Origin: an uncultured Staphylococcaceae bacterium
GTDB taxonomy: Bacteria; Bacillota_I; Bacilli_A; RFN20; CAG-826
Direction of reading: 5' to 3'
Assembly: GCA_964639215.1 (NCBI GenBank)
Contig: CAZXCV010000007.1
Span: 6,316 to 66,804 of the forward strand
Length of the DNA: 60,489 bases
Translations under genes and position numbers: made by a program
Shown: positions 1 through 8,471 of the stretch, in pieces
How positions within the stretch are numbered: position 1 is the first letter of the stretch
How the letters are laid out: each line of letters starts with the position of its first letter
The notes under the pieces: generated by a model
What the model was told of the DNA's origin: nothing
Seen by the model: only the letters and a program-made list of their open reading frames with translations
Databases searched by the model: none

Positions 1-10
1 TTGTGCATTT

Positions 11-86
11 TGGTGGAGCTGACGAGGATCGAACTCGCTACCTCATCGTTGCGAACGATGCGCTCTCCCAGATGAGCTACAGCCCC
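11..86 (-). tRNA. tRNA-Ala (anticodon CGC)
   Basis: The reverse complement reads GGGGCTGTAGCTCATCTGGGAGAGCGCATCGTTCGCAACGATGAGGTAGCGAGTTCGATCCTCGTCAGCTCCACCA. It folds as a cloverleaf with the G3:U70 Ala identity pair, anticodon loop TTCGCAA, a TTCGATC T-loop and an encoded CCA. Confidence 0.9.
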
Positions 87-247
87 AAATGCCATATTAC
101 AATATCAAATCGACTGATTTTTTTCAATCAAATAGTACGAGTCTTCGCCAGATTATGTCGTTCAAGGATATTGATACAATATTAAGATCTAAAAATCCAT
201 TTGCTCAAACTATGAATCATCATAATCGGGAATCAGAAACTATTTGT

Positions 248-2068
248 TTAGTCGTCAATTTGGGGAAAAGGTGTTCGCGCATGATAATGCGTGTGTAGCA
301 ATTGATGGGCTAATTCACTATTAGGATGACCAAGAAATTCTTGGTAAAGATTTTGGATGAGCGGATTGAGATGGGCGCTACGGATTGGGCGAGATGCATC
401 CTCATCATAAATAGCCTTTGCACGCTTCATTAATAAATCATTCATCGTGATTTTTTCTTGGAAAGATAATAACCCCGGTTTGATGAACGATTGGCCACCA
501 CCATTGATACAGCCACCTGGGCAACCCATGATTTCAATAAAGTGATACGGACTTGTTCCATCCTTGACTTGGTCCATTAACACTTTCGCATTTTTTGTGG
601 AACTCGCGATCGCGATTTTAAGATCTAAATCGATACCCGAGCGTTTGCCATCAATCAAGATATTTTTTAGTGGGATAGTTGTTTCTTTGATTCCTTTAAG
701 ACCTCGGACCGCTTCAAATACGACTTTGCCATATTCTTTACCTTGAGTAATCGCGTATACCGTTCGTAACGCGGCTTCGGTCACACCACCAGATACGCCA
801 AACAAAGCACCAGCACCGCTATAATCACCGAGCAAGTCAGTATCAAATTCACCATCGGGTAAACTTAAAAAATCAATACCGCATGATTTGATATAATCAC
901 CAAGTTCCCGCGTTGTAATGACGGCATCAACGTCTGCATATGTTTCGTGGCGCATTTCTAGACGCGTTTTCTCATATTTTTTAGCAGTACAAGGCATGAC
1001 GGACACCATGAAAATGTCTTCGGGTCGAATACCTTGCTTCATCGCATAGTATGATTTAACAAGCGCGCCCATCATCATCTGAGGTGATTTGCATGTTGAG
1101 AGGTGATCGAGTTGATCGTGATAATTATATTCAGCGTAGTTAACCCAACCAGGTGAACAAGACGTAATTTGTGGTAACGCTACTCGTTCGCCTTTTAAAT
1201 GTTTATGAAGTCGCGTTAATAATTCCGTTCCCTCTTCCATGACAGTTAAGTCGGCTGTGAAATTTGTATCGTAAATTCTTTCAAATCCAAGGCGCTTAAG
1301 TGCCGTACACATCTTTCCAGTCACGCGGGTTCCAATTGGTAAATCGAATTCTTCACCAAGTGAGGCACGGACTGCAGGAGCGACTTGAACAATCACATGT
1401 TTCCCATCAACTTGTGCTTTTTGAATCCGGTGAACTTCTTCATGGACATATAAAGCACCAGTTGGACAAACATTGACGCATTGCCCACAATAGATGCATG
1501 GTACTTGTGTCAGTGAACGATTCTCGGCTGGTCCAATCACCGTCTCGAACCCACGATGAATGAAATCGAGAATCCCAATACCCTGGCTCTTTTTACAAAC
1601 TTCAACGCAACGACCACATAAAATGCATTTGGAGCTATTACGCCGAATGCTTGGCGATAAGCGATCAATCGTCGCTGTTGTCATTGCTCCTTCAAACGGG
1701 ATTTCGCGAATCCCGCATTTCTCCGCAGCTTTTTGTAGTTCACACCGGCCATTGGCTGTGCAATGGAGGCAGTCATTGACATGATTTGACAAGATTAGTT
1801 CAACGCTATGTCGTCGAGCGCGCAGCACGCGTGGTGAGTGTAAATTAACTTCCATCCCTTCATGTACTGGGGTCGTGCATGAAGTGGTCAAAGCTTTCAT
1901 GCCTTTAACTTCAACCAAACAGACGCGACAAGCTCCGGTTTCGACGAGGTCCTTATAATGACACAATGTTGGAATATCAAAACCAACACTGCGCGCCGCT
2001 TCAAGAATTGAAACATACCGGGGTACTGAATATTCTTGACCATCAAATTTAACGGTAATCATTTCCAT
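248..2068 (-). CDS. hydA: [FeFe]-hydrogenase catalytic subunit (HydA/HndD type, multidomain)
   Basis: 606 aa. It has an N-terminal 2Fe-2S ferredoxin-like domain and Cys-rich F-cluster domains. H-cluster motifs are MPCTAKKYE (L2) and EIMGCPGGCINGGGQ (L3), but L1 is TSCSPGW. A C-terminal small-subunit-like tail is present. It lies directly downstream of hydB. Confidence 0.9.
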   Translation of the reverse strand: MEMITVKFDGQEYSVPRYVSILEAARSVGFDIPTLCHYKDLVETGACRVCLVEVKGMKALTTSCTTPVHEGMEVNLHSPRVLRARRHSVELILSNHVNDCLHCTANGRCELQKAAEKCGIREIPFEGAMTTATIDRLSPSIRRNSSKCILCGRCVEVCKKSQGIGILDFIHRGFETVIGPAENRSLTQVPCIYCGQCVNVCPTGALYVHEEVHRIQKAQVDGKHVIVQVAPAVRASLGEEFDLPIGTRVTGKMCTALKRLGFERIYDTNFTADLTVMEEGTELLTRLHKHLKGERVALPQITSCSPGWVNYAEYNYHDQLDHLSTCKSPQMMMGALVKSYYAMKQGIRPEDIFMVSVMPCTAKKYEKTRLEMRHETYADVDAVITTRELGDYIKSCGIDFLSLPDGEFDTDLLGDYSGAGALFGVSGGVTEAALRTVYAITQGKEYGKVVFEAVRGLKGIKETTIPLKNILIDGKRSGIDLDLKIAIASSTKNAKVLMDQVKDGTSPYHFIEIMGCPGGCINGGGQSFIKPGLLSFQEKITMNDLLMKRAKAIYDEDASRPIRSAHLNPLIQNLYQEFLGHPNSELAHQLLHTHYHARTPFPQIDD

Positions 2069-2076
2069 ACATGTAC

Positions 2077-3948
2077 CTATACCTTTCTAATCACATCGAA
2101 CGGGCAACTGGAGAGGCATGTGCCACATTTGATGCAAGCGGTTTGATCAATGATAAATGCTTCTTTACCCCGCACGCCACTAATGCAATTCACAGGACAG
2201 TGAATCGCACATATGCCACATTTTTTACAAGTGTCGGGATTGATATAGTATTTGAACAAGGATTTACACACTTTGGCTGGACACGTCTTATCAATAATAT
2301 GCGCCTTGTATTCATCCATGAATTTGGTTAGTGTTGATAAAACCGGGTTCGGCGCTGTCTGACCAAGCCCGCATAACGAGGCGTCTTTGATAAAAATGGC
2401 GAGCTCGCGCAATGTATCTAAATCTGCTAACGTCGCTGTCCCTGTGGCAATTTTATCAAGTATTTCTTTCATGCGCGTCGTTCCAATCCGACAAGGGGAA
2501 CACTTACCACAAGATTCATCACAAATAAAATCAAGATAAAAACGAGCGACGTCAACCATACAATTATCTTCATCCATGACAATCGCACCACCCGAACCCA
2601 TCATCGAGCCACGCGCGATAAGATTATCGAAATCAATCGGTGTGTCTAAATCATCGTCGGTTAAACAACCACCAGAGGGGCCACCAGTTTGAATCGCCTT
2701 AAACTTTTTATCTTTTTCGATTCCGCCACCAATGTTAAAAATGAGTTCGCGTAAAGTCGTCCCCATCGGTACCTCAACCAGCCCGACATTTTTGATTTTC
2801 CCGGCGAGGGAAAATACTTTCGTACCTTTTGATTTTTCAGTACCGATCGTCTTATAAATCTCGAGTCCTCCTGGACGATATATAAAGGGAATATTCGCAA
2901 ACGTTTCGACATTATTAATAATCGTCGGATGACCCCACAAACCCTTGACAGCTGGGAAAGGTGGTTTTGAACGTGGCATGCCTCGTTTTCCTTCAATCGA
3001 ACTCATGAGTGCCGTTTCTTCGCCACAAACGAAGGCACCAGCTCCAACGCGAATTTCAATATCGAATGAAAACTCTGTCCCAAGTATTTTTTCACCTAAC
3101 AATTTATTAGCACGCAACAACTCAATCGCCTGTTGGAGTCGTTTTGAGGCTGTCGGATATTCAGCGCGTACATAAATGAAACCACGTATCGCGCCGATAC
3201 CATAAGCGGCAATCATCATTCCTTCAAGAATGAGATGTGGTGTGCGCTCCGAAATAGCTCGGTCCATAAATGCGCCCGGGTCGCCTTCATCAAGATTGCA
3301 GATTAGGTATTTTTCAGAATCTGTTTGCATGCGAGCATACCGCCATTTAACACCCGTTGGATAACCGCCACCACCACGTCCACGCAATCCTGAATCAAGG
3401 GCAATGTTAATCACGTCTTCTCCGGTTTTGTTCTCGAGCACATGAGCAAGTGCTTCATAACCGCCGATTCCCATGTAATGATCAATATTGTCTGGTTCAA
3501 TAGTGGCAAAGTCAGCCATTGCAATGGCTTTTTGCTTTTCGTAGAAAGGTATTTCTTCTTGTTTGGCGTAAAAAGCGCCTGTGTCCGGATTCTTAAATAC
3601 GAGCGATTCAACGATGCCAAATCCTTTAAGATCTTTTTCAAAAATTAAGGTGGCATCACTAGGTTTAACTAAACGGTAAAGCGTTCCTTCGGGATAAACT
3701 TTTACAAATGGTCCTTGTGAACATAAACCAAAACATCCAGCATACAAAATCGTAATTTTATCACCAAGACCTTCGGCCTTAACGAGTTCATCAAGCTTGT
3801 CTTTTACTTCGGATGAATGGCTGGCAAGACATCCGGTATCACCGCAGATAAACACAACTTTTTTACCACCGTAAAGTAATTGTTGATATTGTGTTTTAGC
3901 TTCTAGTAATAACGCCTTTAATGATGCGATATCAGTGACTGGTCTCAT
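2077..3948 (-). CDS. hydB: NADH-binding flavoprotein subunit of bifurcating hydrogenase (NuoF-like, HydB/HndC)
   Basis: It has the FMN/NAD motif GRGGGGYPTG, the NuoF 4Fe-4S motif CGKCSPCR, and C-terminal 2x[4Fe-4S] ferredoxin motifs (CKKCGICAIHCP, CIKCGTCLSSCP). I moved the start to the ATG at 3948, which is preceded by AAGGAGG. The ORF-track start at 3981 has no RBS. The stop codon is TAG. Confidence 0.9.
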   Translation of the reverse strand: MRPVTDIASLKALLLEAKTQYQQLLYGGKKVVFICGDTGCLASHSSEVKDKLDELVKAEGLGDKITILYAGCFGLCSQGPFVKVYPEGTLYRLVKPSDATLIFEKDLKGFGIVESLVFKNPDTGAFYAKQEEIPFYEKQKAIAMADFATIEPDNIDHYMGIGGYEALAHVLENKTGEDVINIALDSGLRGRGGGGYPTGVKWRYARMQTDSEKYLICNLDEGDPGAFMDRAISERTPHLILEGMMIAAYGIGAIRGFIYVRAEYPTASKRLQQAIELLRANKLLGEKILGTEFSFDIEIRVGAGAFVCGEETALMSSIEGKRGMPRSKPPFPAVKGLWGHPTIINNVETFANIPFIYRPGGLEIYKTIGTEKSKGTKVFSLAGKIKNVGLVEVPMGTTLRELIFNIGGGIEKDKKFKAIQTGGPSGGCLTDDDLDTPIDFDNLIARGSMMGSGGAIVMDEDNCMVDVARFYLDFICDESCGKCSPCRIGTTRMKEILDKIATGTATLADLDTLRELAIFIKDASLCGLGQTAPNPVLSTLTKFMDEYKAHIIDKTCPAKVCKSLFKYYINPDTCKKCGICAIHCPVNCISGVRGKEAFIIDQTACIKCGTCLSSCPFDVIRKV

Positions 3949-4435
3949 GTTCAACCGCCTCCTTACGGACGTATTCATCAATTATTCGTTGTAAATCATT
4001 AACCTTCACACGTGGCAAAATTTTCTCATTGATCACCATGACTGGGGCTAATGCACAGGCACCTAAACATCGCAAAATATCGATGGTGAACAACCCATCG
4101 CTTGTGGTTTCCCCTGGTTTGATCCCGAGTATTTCTTCAAGGCGATTGGCAATTTGTTGCGCCGCTTGGACATAACAGGCGGTTCCTAAGCAAATACCAA
4201 TTACGTATTTCCCTTTTGGTTTTAATGAAAACATTGAATAGAAGGTCACAATGCCATAAATCTCAGCCACAGGAATATCCAAGCGTTTTGAGATAATCTC
4301 TTGTACTTCAAGTGGTACATAACCAAATTCCTTTTGGAAATCACTTAAAATCATCATCAGTGGTGTCTTCATGCCTTCATAATGAGCAATGATTTGATTA
4401 AGGCGGTCTTTCGCAAGACTTGTGATAGGTTTCAT
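3932..4435 (-). CDS. hydC: NuoE-like thioredoxin-fold [2Fe-2S] subunit (HydC/HndA)
   Basis: 167 aa with the NuoE pattern CLGTACY...CLGAC. It sits first in the hydCBA order and overlaps hydB. Confidence 0.85.
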   Translation of the reverse strand: MKPITSLAKDRLNQIIAHYEGMKTPLMMILSDFQKEFGYVPLEVQEIISKRLDIPVAEIYGIVTFYSMFSLKPKGKYVIGICLGTACYVQAAQQIANRLEEILGIKPGETTSDGLFTIDILRCLGACALAPVMVINEKILPRVKVNDLQRIIDEYVRKEAVEHETSH

Positions 4436-5007
4436 GCATGTCCTCCATAACGGTATTTAAGCGCCTTTGTCACTGGAATCGCGGTCATCATCGCCAGCAA
4501 TCCTCCAATGAGCGCTGTTGGTAATTGGTTAATCGAATATACAGCAGATAAAAGCGTAATCTGTGTTGCGTTTAATGGTAATGTCGGCAATAACAATATG
4601 ACGATTGTGAGATACATTACTCCCGTCTTGATCAATGCGGCGATAGCGACGCTTATGAAACCAAGAACGACTTTGATATTCGCGGTTGCTTTGATTTTAT
4701 AAATAAAATGCAATGTAATAGCAAAGATTCCATTTGCTAAAGCAATCAACGGGATGATCTCGATAAATGGTGGTGCGATTCCAACTAATAACGCGACAAA
4801 CGGAGAAATAACACCGAGCGCCAATCCATACGGCCAACCGAGAACTATGGCTGCAAGGGCTAATATTAAATTGACCCAGCTACCAACAAAATATTGTGAA
4901 AGTGGCGCGCCAATGAGACCAAAGACCAGTTGACCCACAATTAGCAATGCCAAAAAAATCGCTGTGATTGTAATGCGTCGAATCTGTTCTCTCATTTGAA
5001 CATTCAT
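4432..5007 (-). CDS. polytopic membrane protein, ECF-transporter S-component-like
   Basis: 191 aa with about 5-6 predicted TM helices. The N-terminal pattern (R-I-T-I-T-A-I-F-L-A-L) resembles ECF substrate-capture subunits. Its stop overlaps the hydC start (ATGA). The family assignment is tentative. Confidence 0.4.
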   Translation of the reverse strand: MNVQMREQIRRITITAIFLALLIVGQLVFGLIGAPLSQYFVGSWVNLILALAAIVLGWPYGLALGVISPFVALLVGIAPPFIEIIPLIALANGIFAITLHFIYKIKATANIKVVLGFISVAIAALIKTGVMYLTIVILLLPTLPLNATQITLLSAVYSINQLPTALIGGLLAMMTAIPVTKALKYRYGGHA

Positions 5008-5063
5008 GATTAGATATTAACATCATTATTTTATAAATTCATAGTAGTTATGGACATTTATTA

Positions 5064-5093
5064 ATGAAAAAAAGACCATTGCTCATGGTCTTT
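5064..5093 (-). terminator. rho-independent terminator downstream of the CvpA-like gene
   Basis: On the minus strand the stem AAAGACCAT / ATGGTCTTT has a 5-nt loop and is followed by a T-run. Confidence 0.6.
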
Positions 5094-5119
5094 CCTAAAT
5101 CATAAAATGTAAGCGCTTT

Positions 5120-5956
5120 TTATGAGGCCGGCGTATCCGTGGCCTCAACAAATGCCACGAAGGTCGACACTAAATCATACGTGGTGCCATCGTGCTCAAA
5201 TGATGCAATGCTCGTAAAGAAGCCAAATGGGTTACTCGGAGTCGTGATGCTTAATAAAAGTGAGTTTTCAGGACGAAGACCGCCCGAAGCTAGTGGTAAA
5301 ACTTCACCAAATTGATAGGGAGGTTCCGTCGGGTTTTGAATTGCCGCTAAGCCAGCAGTTAATGGGCTAAAGGCAATCGTGAACATCAAGACGTATAAAT
5401 ATCCTTGAGCTAAACCAAGCACACCACCGACAATTCCGATTTTCTTTTTAGCAAGCGATTTTAATAGTGGTTTCCAGATGACGAGCCATAATAATCCGGA
5501 TACAAGCCAACCAATAACCATCGTGACCATGGCGACAACAAACCAACCGATGGCGCGTGATAACGCGAGCGATAATGAAATCAAGAATGCTTCATCGGCA
5601 TAAATTGACGCTGGAGATAAAGTTCCAACACCTTCGGCATATGCCGCAAATCCAATCACTAACTCTTGCACCGAGTTAAATGACACAGCCGTGCCACCAA
5701 TATCCATCGTAATGCCCATACCCGTCAATGCCCAGAAACCTTGATTAACGAAATCACCAAGCGCCGGCAGTGCAAAGATGTTCACCAACACCAATGCTAT
5801 GACCACAAAGATGAGACGCCAAAGCGAGCGCCAGAGACCACGCTTTACTCCAATAAAGAAAGCGATTAATAGAAAGATACCAATAATTATGTCGACGAGA
5901 TACTGAAATCCAAAGATGGCTCCGAGTATTTGTTGGACAATCGCTGATTGCATCAT
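5120..5956 (-). CDS. CvpA-family (colicin V production-like) membrane protein
   Basis: It has N-terminal CvpA-like TM helices (DIIIGIFLLIAFFIGVKRGLWRSL). The start was chosen at ATGATG (5956), 8 nt after AAGGAG. Confidence 0.6.
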   Translation of the reverse strand: MMQSAIVQQILGAIFGFQYLVDIIIGIFLLIAFFIGVKRGLWRSLWRLIFVVIALVLVNIFALPALGDFVNQGFWALTGMGITMDIGGTAVSFNSVQELVIGFAAYAEGVGTLSPASIYADEAFLISLSLALSRAIGWFVVAMVTMVIGWLVSGLLWLVIWKPLLKSLAKKKIGIVGGVLGLAQGYLYVLMFTIAFSPLTAGLAAIQNPTEPPYQFGEVLPLASGGLRPENSLLLSITTPSNPFGFFTSIASFEHDGTTYDLVSTFVAFVEATDTPAS

Positions 5957-6275
5957 AGTATAGCTCCTTAAAAAATGTCGATACGTGCGTGATAACAATT
6001 GATTACTATACTATGGCAACAATGTGTTCAATGCAATATTAGATAGTTAAGGTTTTAAAATATATTTTATGAGTACATGCCTAGAATTATCGATGCCGTT
6101 ATACACGAGCCGAATCCGAGCCCACTAAACTCAAATTCATACGTAAAATAATTTTTAGCCGTCTTTCGTTGTCAGTGTCATGCTAAGCCTATTTACCAAC
6201 TGAAATCAAGACTTAAAATGAATAAAATGGCGCTTTATAATATGAACAATCTAAAGCAAAGGAGTTGCCAAAAAC

Positions 6276-7532
6276 ATGGCCGATCAAGTCGTCGCTGTTA
6301 TCGATTTGAAGGCGTTTTACGCCGTGGTAGAATGTGTCGAACGCGGGCTCGATCCTTTTACAACGCCGCTCCTTGTCGCTGATAAATCTCGAGGCAAGGG
6401 CACAATTGTTTTGTCGGTGTCGCCTTTTTTAAAGGCGCGTGGCGTTCCTTCGCGTTGTCGGGTCTTTGAACTTGTTAAATTTAATGTCACGATTGATAAT
6501 ATCTTATTTGCCACACCACGCATGAGTCTCTATTTAGAAAAATCGGCAGCCGTCATTTCGATTATGCTCGATTTTATCGGCGAGGATGATTTACACGTTT
6601 ATAGTATCGACGAATCTTTCCTAAACCTCGGCCCCTATTTGAAACTATATCGCGCAACGCCACGGCAACTTGTTACTCGCATCATCAAAACAATTCATCA
6701 AAAACTTGGCTTGTATGCTACTGCTGGTATTGGCCCTAATAACTTCATTGCTAAATCTGCGCTCGATCTTGAAGCTAAAAAATGTCAAGATGGCATCGCT
6801 GAGTGGACACTTGACGACATTAAAACAAAACTTTGGCCTCGGATTCCACTATCAACGATGTGGGGCATCTCCTCACGTCTCGAAGCCCGCCTAAACGAGA
6901 TGGGTATTCATTCAATCAAAGATCTCGCCCATTTTCCGAAAGAAGCGCTTGTGGCTTACTTTGGGATCATGGGAGCGCAATTATGGAATCACGCTAACGG
7001 CATTGATGATTCACACATCCGTCAAAAATACGCTCCAGTCGCTCCAAGTTTGAATATGGGACAAGTGCTTATGCGTGATTATCATAGCCATGAAATCCCA
7101 ATTGTGATTCGGGAAATGGTCGATGATTTGTGCATCCGTCTGCGTCTTGAAGGAAAACTGACTGGTCTTGTGTCGTTATTTGTCGGTTACAGCGAATATG
7201 GTGGTTTTTCACACCAAATGTCACTGCAACAAGCCACGGATGATAATCAAGTATTAACTGAAGCTCTACTGACGCTTTACCACCGTCATATCGATGAGCG
7301 ACGCTTTGTTCGTAACGTCGGGTTCTCGTTTGGAAAACTTGAACCGCTCGTCTACGAACAACTTAATCTTTTTATTGACCCTCATGAACAAGATGATCGT
7401 CGCCGCTTGCAACATGCACTCGATGAAATTCGCTATCGCTACGGTAAAAATGCCGTGTTGCGCGCCAACGCTTTACTTAGATCCAGTACGACCATCGCGC
7501 GGCATGAACTCATTGGAGGACATCGTCGATGA
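6276..7532 (+). CDS. Y-family (translesion) DNA polymerase, UvrX/YqjW/UmuC-like
   Basis: 418 aa. The N-terminus VIDLKAFYAVVECVERGLDP, SIDESFL and the little-finger region are typical of ImpB/MucB/SamB polymerases. RBS AAAGGAG. Confidence 0.85.
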   Translation: MADQVVAVIDLKAFYAVVECVERGLDPFTTPLLVADKSRGKGTIVLSVSPFLKARGVPSRCRVFELVKFNVTIDNILFATPRMSLYLEKSAAVISIMLDFIGEDDLHVYSIDESFLNLGPYLKLYRATPRQLVTRIIKTIHQKLGLYATAGIGPNNFIAKSALDLEAKKCQDGIAEWTLDDIKTKLWPRIPLSTMWGISSRLEARLNEMGIHSIKDLAHFPKEALVAYFGIMGAQLWNHANGIDDSHIRQKYAPVAPSLNMGQVLMRDYHSHEIPIVIREMVDDLCIRLRLEGKLTGLVSLFVGYSEYGGFSHQMSLQQATDDNQVLTEALLTLYHRHIDERRFVRNVGFSFGKLEPLVYEQLNLFIDPHEQDDRRRLQHALDEIRYRYGKNAVLRANALLRSSTTIARHELIGGHRR

Positions 7533-7831
7533 GCGATCGGGGAATGAAAAAATGGGCACCATACGCTTCTTTAATTGAACAAAAAGGCGTGATGGCAAAG
7601 ATGCTCTATAACCGTAAAAAAGTCGCGCGCCCGCATATTAGCCATGATCAAGCGGAACTAATAGAACGACAACTTATTCAATATCAAGGCGAACACCTTA
7701 ATATTACGTATTTTGACGATGGTTTCATTTTAAAAATGGTCACTACGATTACCAAAATCGATTCCTTTCATCGGCTGATTGTGTGCGATGATGTGACGAT
7801 TTCCTATTGTGACATTATTGCGATTGAATAA
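7529..7831 (+). CDS. YolD-like protein (accessory partner of Y-family polymerase)
   Basis: 100 aa with the motif KWAPYASL. The ATGA overlap with the polymerase gene mirrors the B. subtilis uvrX-yolD and yqjW-yqzH pairs. Confidence 0.7.
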   Translation: MSDRGMKKWAPYASLIEQKGVMAKMLYNRKKVARPHISHDQAELIERQLIQYQGEHLNITYFDDGFILKMVTTITKIDSFHRLIVCDDVTISYCDIIAIE

Positions 7832-7925
7832 ATAACCAATAAAAAATAGTTATTGTTCGTTTATTTAATGAGGTTAATCCATCACTTGCATCGTACCTAA
7901 ACGATTGCGTTATTATTAAGCTAAG

Positions 7926-8471
7926 ATGAAACGCCAAATCGATCTTGCATTAACGAGCATACAACAAGGCGAACGTGATGGATTAGCCACTCTATATGAG
8001 CAATCCAACCGCGTCGTCTTTGCCTTTATTTTGCCGCTGATCAATGACTATCAATTAGCCGAGGACATTATGCAAGACACCTACGTTAAGGTTTATCAAT
8101 CGATTGCCTCATATACCAAGGGTACGAATGGTCTGAGTTGGCTCTTAACAATTGCTAAAAACATGGCTTTAACTTTGTTGGAGCGACAAAAACGCGAAGA
8201 AAAAGTCGATTTTGACGCAAGTTATGAGCGAGCTGGAGCGATTATCGAACATCCGAATCTCGACCATCCAACCATCGATTTAGCCAAACGTCTCTTGCCA
8301 AATGATGAGCAACAAATCGTCTTCTTGTATGTCATTGGTGAATATAAACATCGGGAAATTGCCGAATTGCTCAACCTGCCAATCGGAACCGTTACTTGGA
8401 AATATCAGCAGGCGATGAAAAAACTACGTGATTATTATAAGAAAGGGGGAACGCTTAATGAATCGACGTAA
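7926..8471 (+). CDS. ECF-type sigma-70 family RNA polymerase sigma factor
   Basis: 181 aa with region 2 (DIMQDTYVKVY) and region 4 (EIAELLNLPIGTVTWKYQQAMKKL). Confidence 0.85.
   Translation: MKRQIDLALTSIQQGERDGLATLYEQSNRVVFAFILPLINDYQLAEDIMQDTYVKVYQSIASYTKGTNGLSWLLTIAKNMALTLLERQKREEKVDFDASYERAGAIIEHPNLDHPTIDLAKRLLPNDEQQIVFLYVIGEYKHREIAELLNLPIGTVTWKYQQAMKKLRDYYKKGGTLNEST

Noticed and set aside
87-247. The ORFs at 3-185 and 89-298 (+), and a promoter for the tRNA-Ala.
   Set aside because: The ORFs overlap the tRNA or an AT-rich spacer and have no RBS. A TAATAT box about 8 nt upstream of the tRNA 5' end is plausible, but the -35 is poor, so I make no promoter call.
2077-2079. The idea that the prfA frameshift reflects loss of RF1 with UAG reassignment.
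   Set aside because: UAG is used as the stop of hydB (2077-2079), the RluA-family gene (36424-36426) and the PLC-like gene (39699-39701). In hydB and the PLC-like gene the downstream start codon follows within a few nt. This is the normal operon layout for a genuine stop.
3949-3981. Longer N-termini given in the ORF track for hydB (3981), uvrB (18265), the second ABC permease (42427), the flavoprotein (52762), the FGGY kinase (54355), the AGPS-like oxidase (55934), the CvpA-like gene (5998) and the ThyX-like gene (14989).
   Set aside because: In each case an internal ATG has a proper RBS and/or matches the conserved family N-terminus. The extension overlaps the upstream gene without an RBS.
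6000-6275. A LexA/Cheo box, small ORF or ncRNA in the 277-bp region upstream of the Y-family polymerase.
   Set aside because: Only a GAAC half-site is present. The one ATG-initiated ORF (19 codons) has no RBS, and I could find no stable extended secondary structure by eye.
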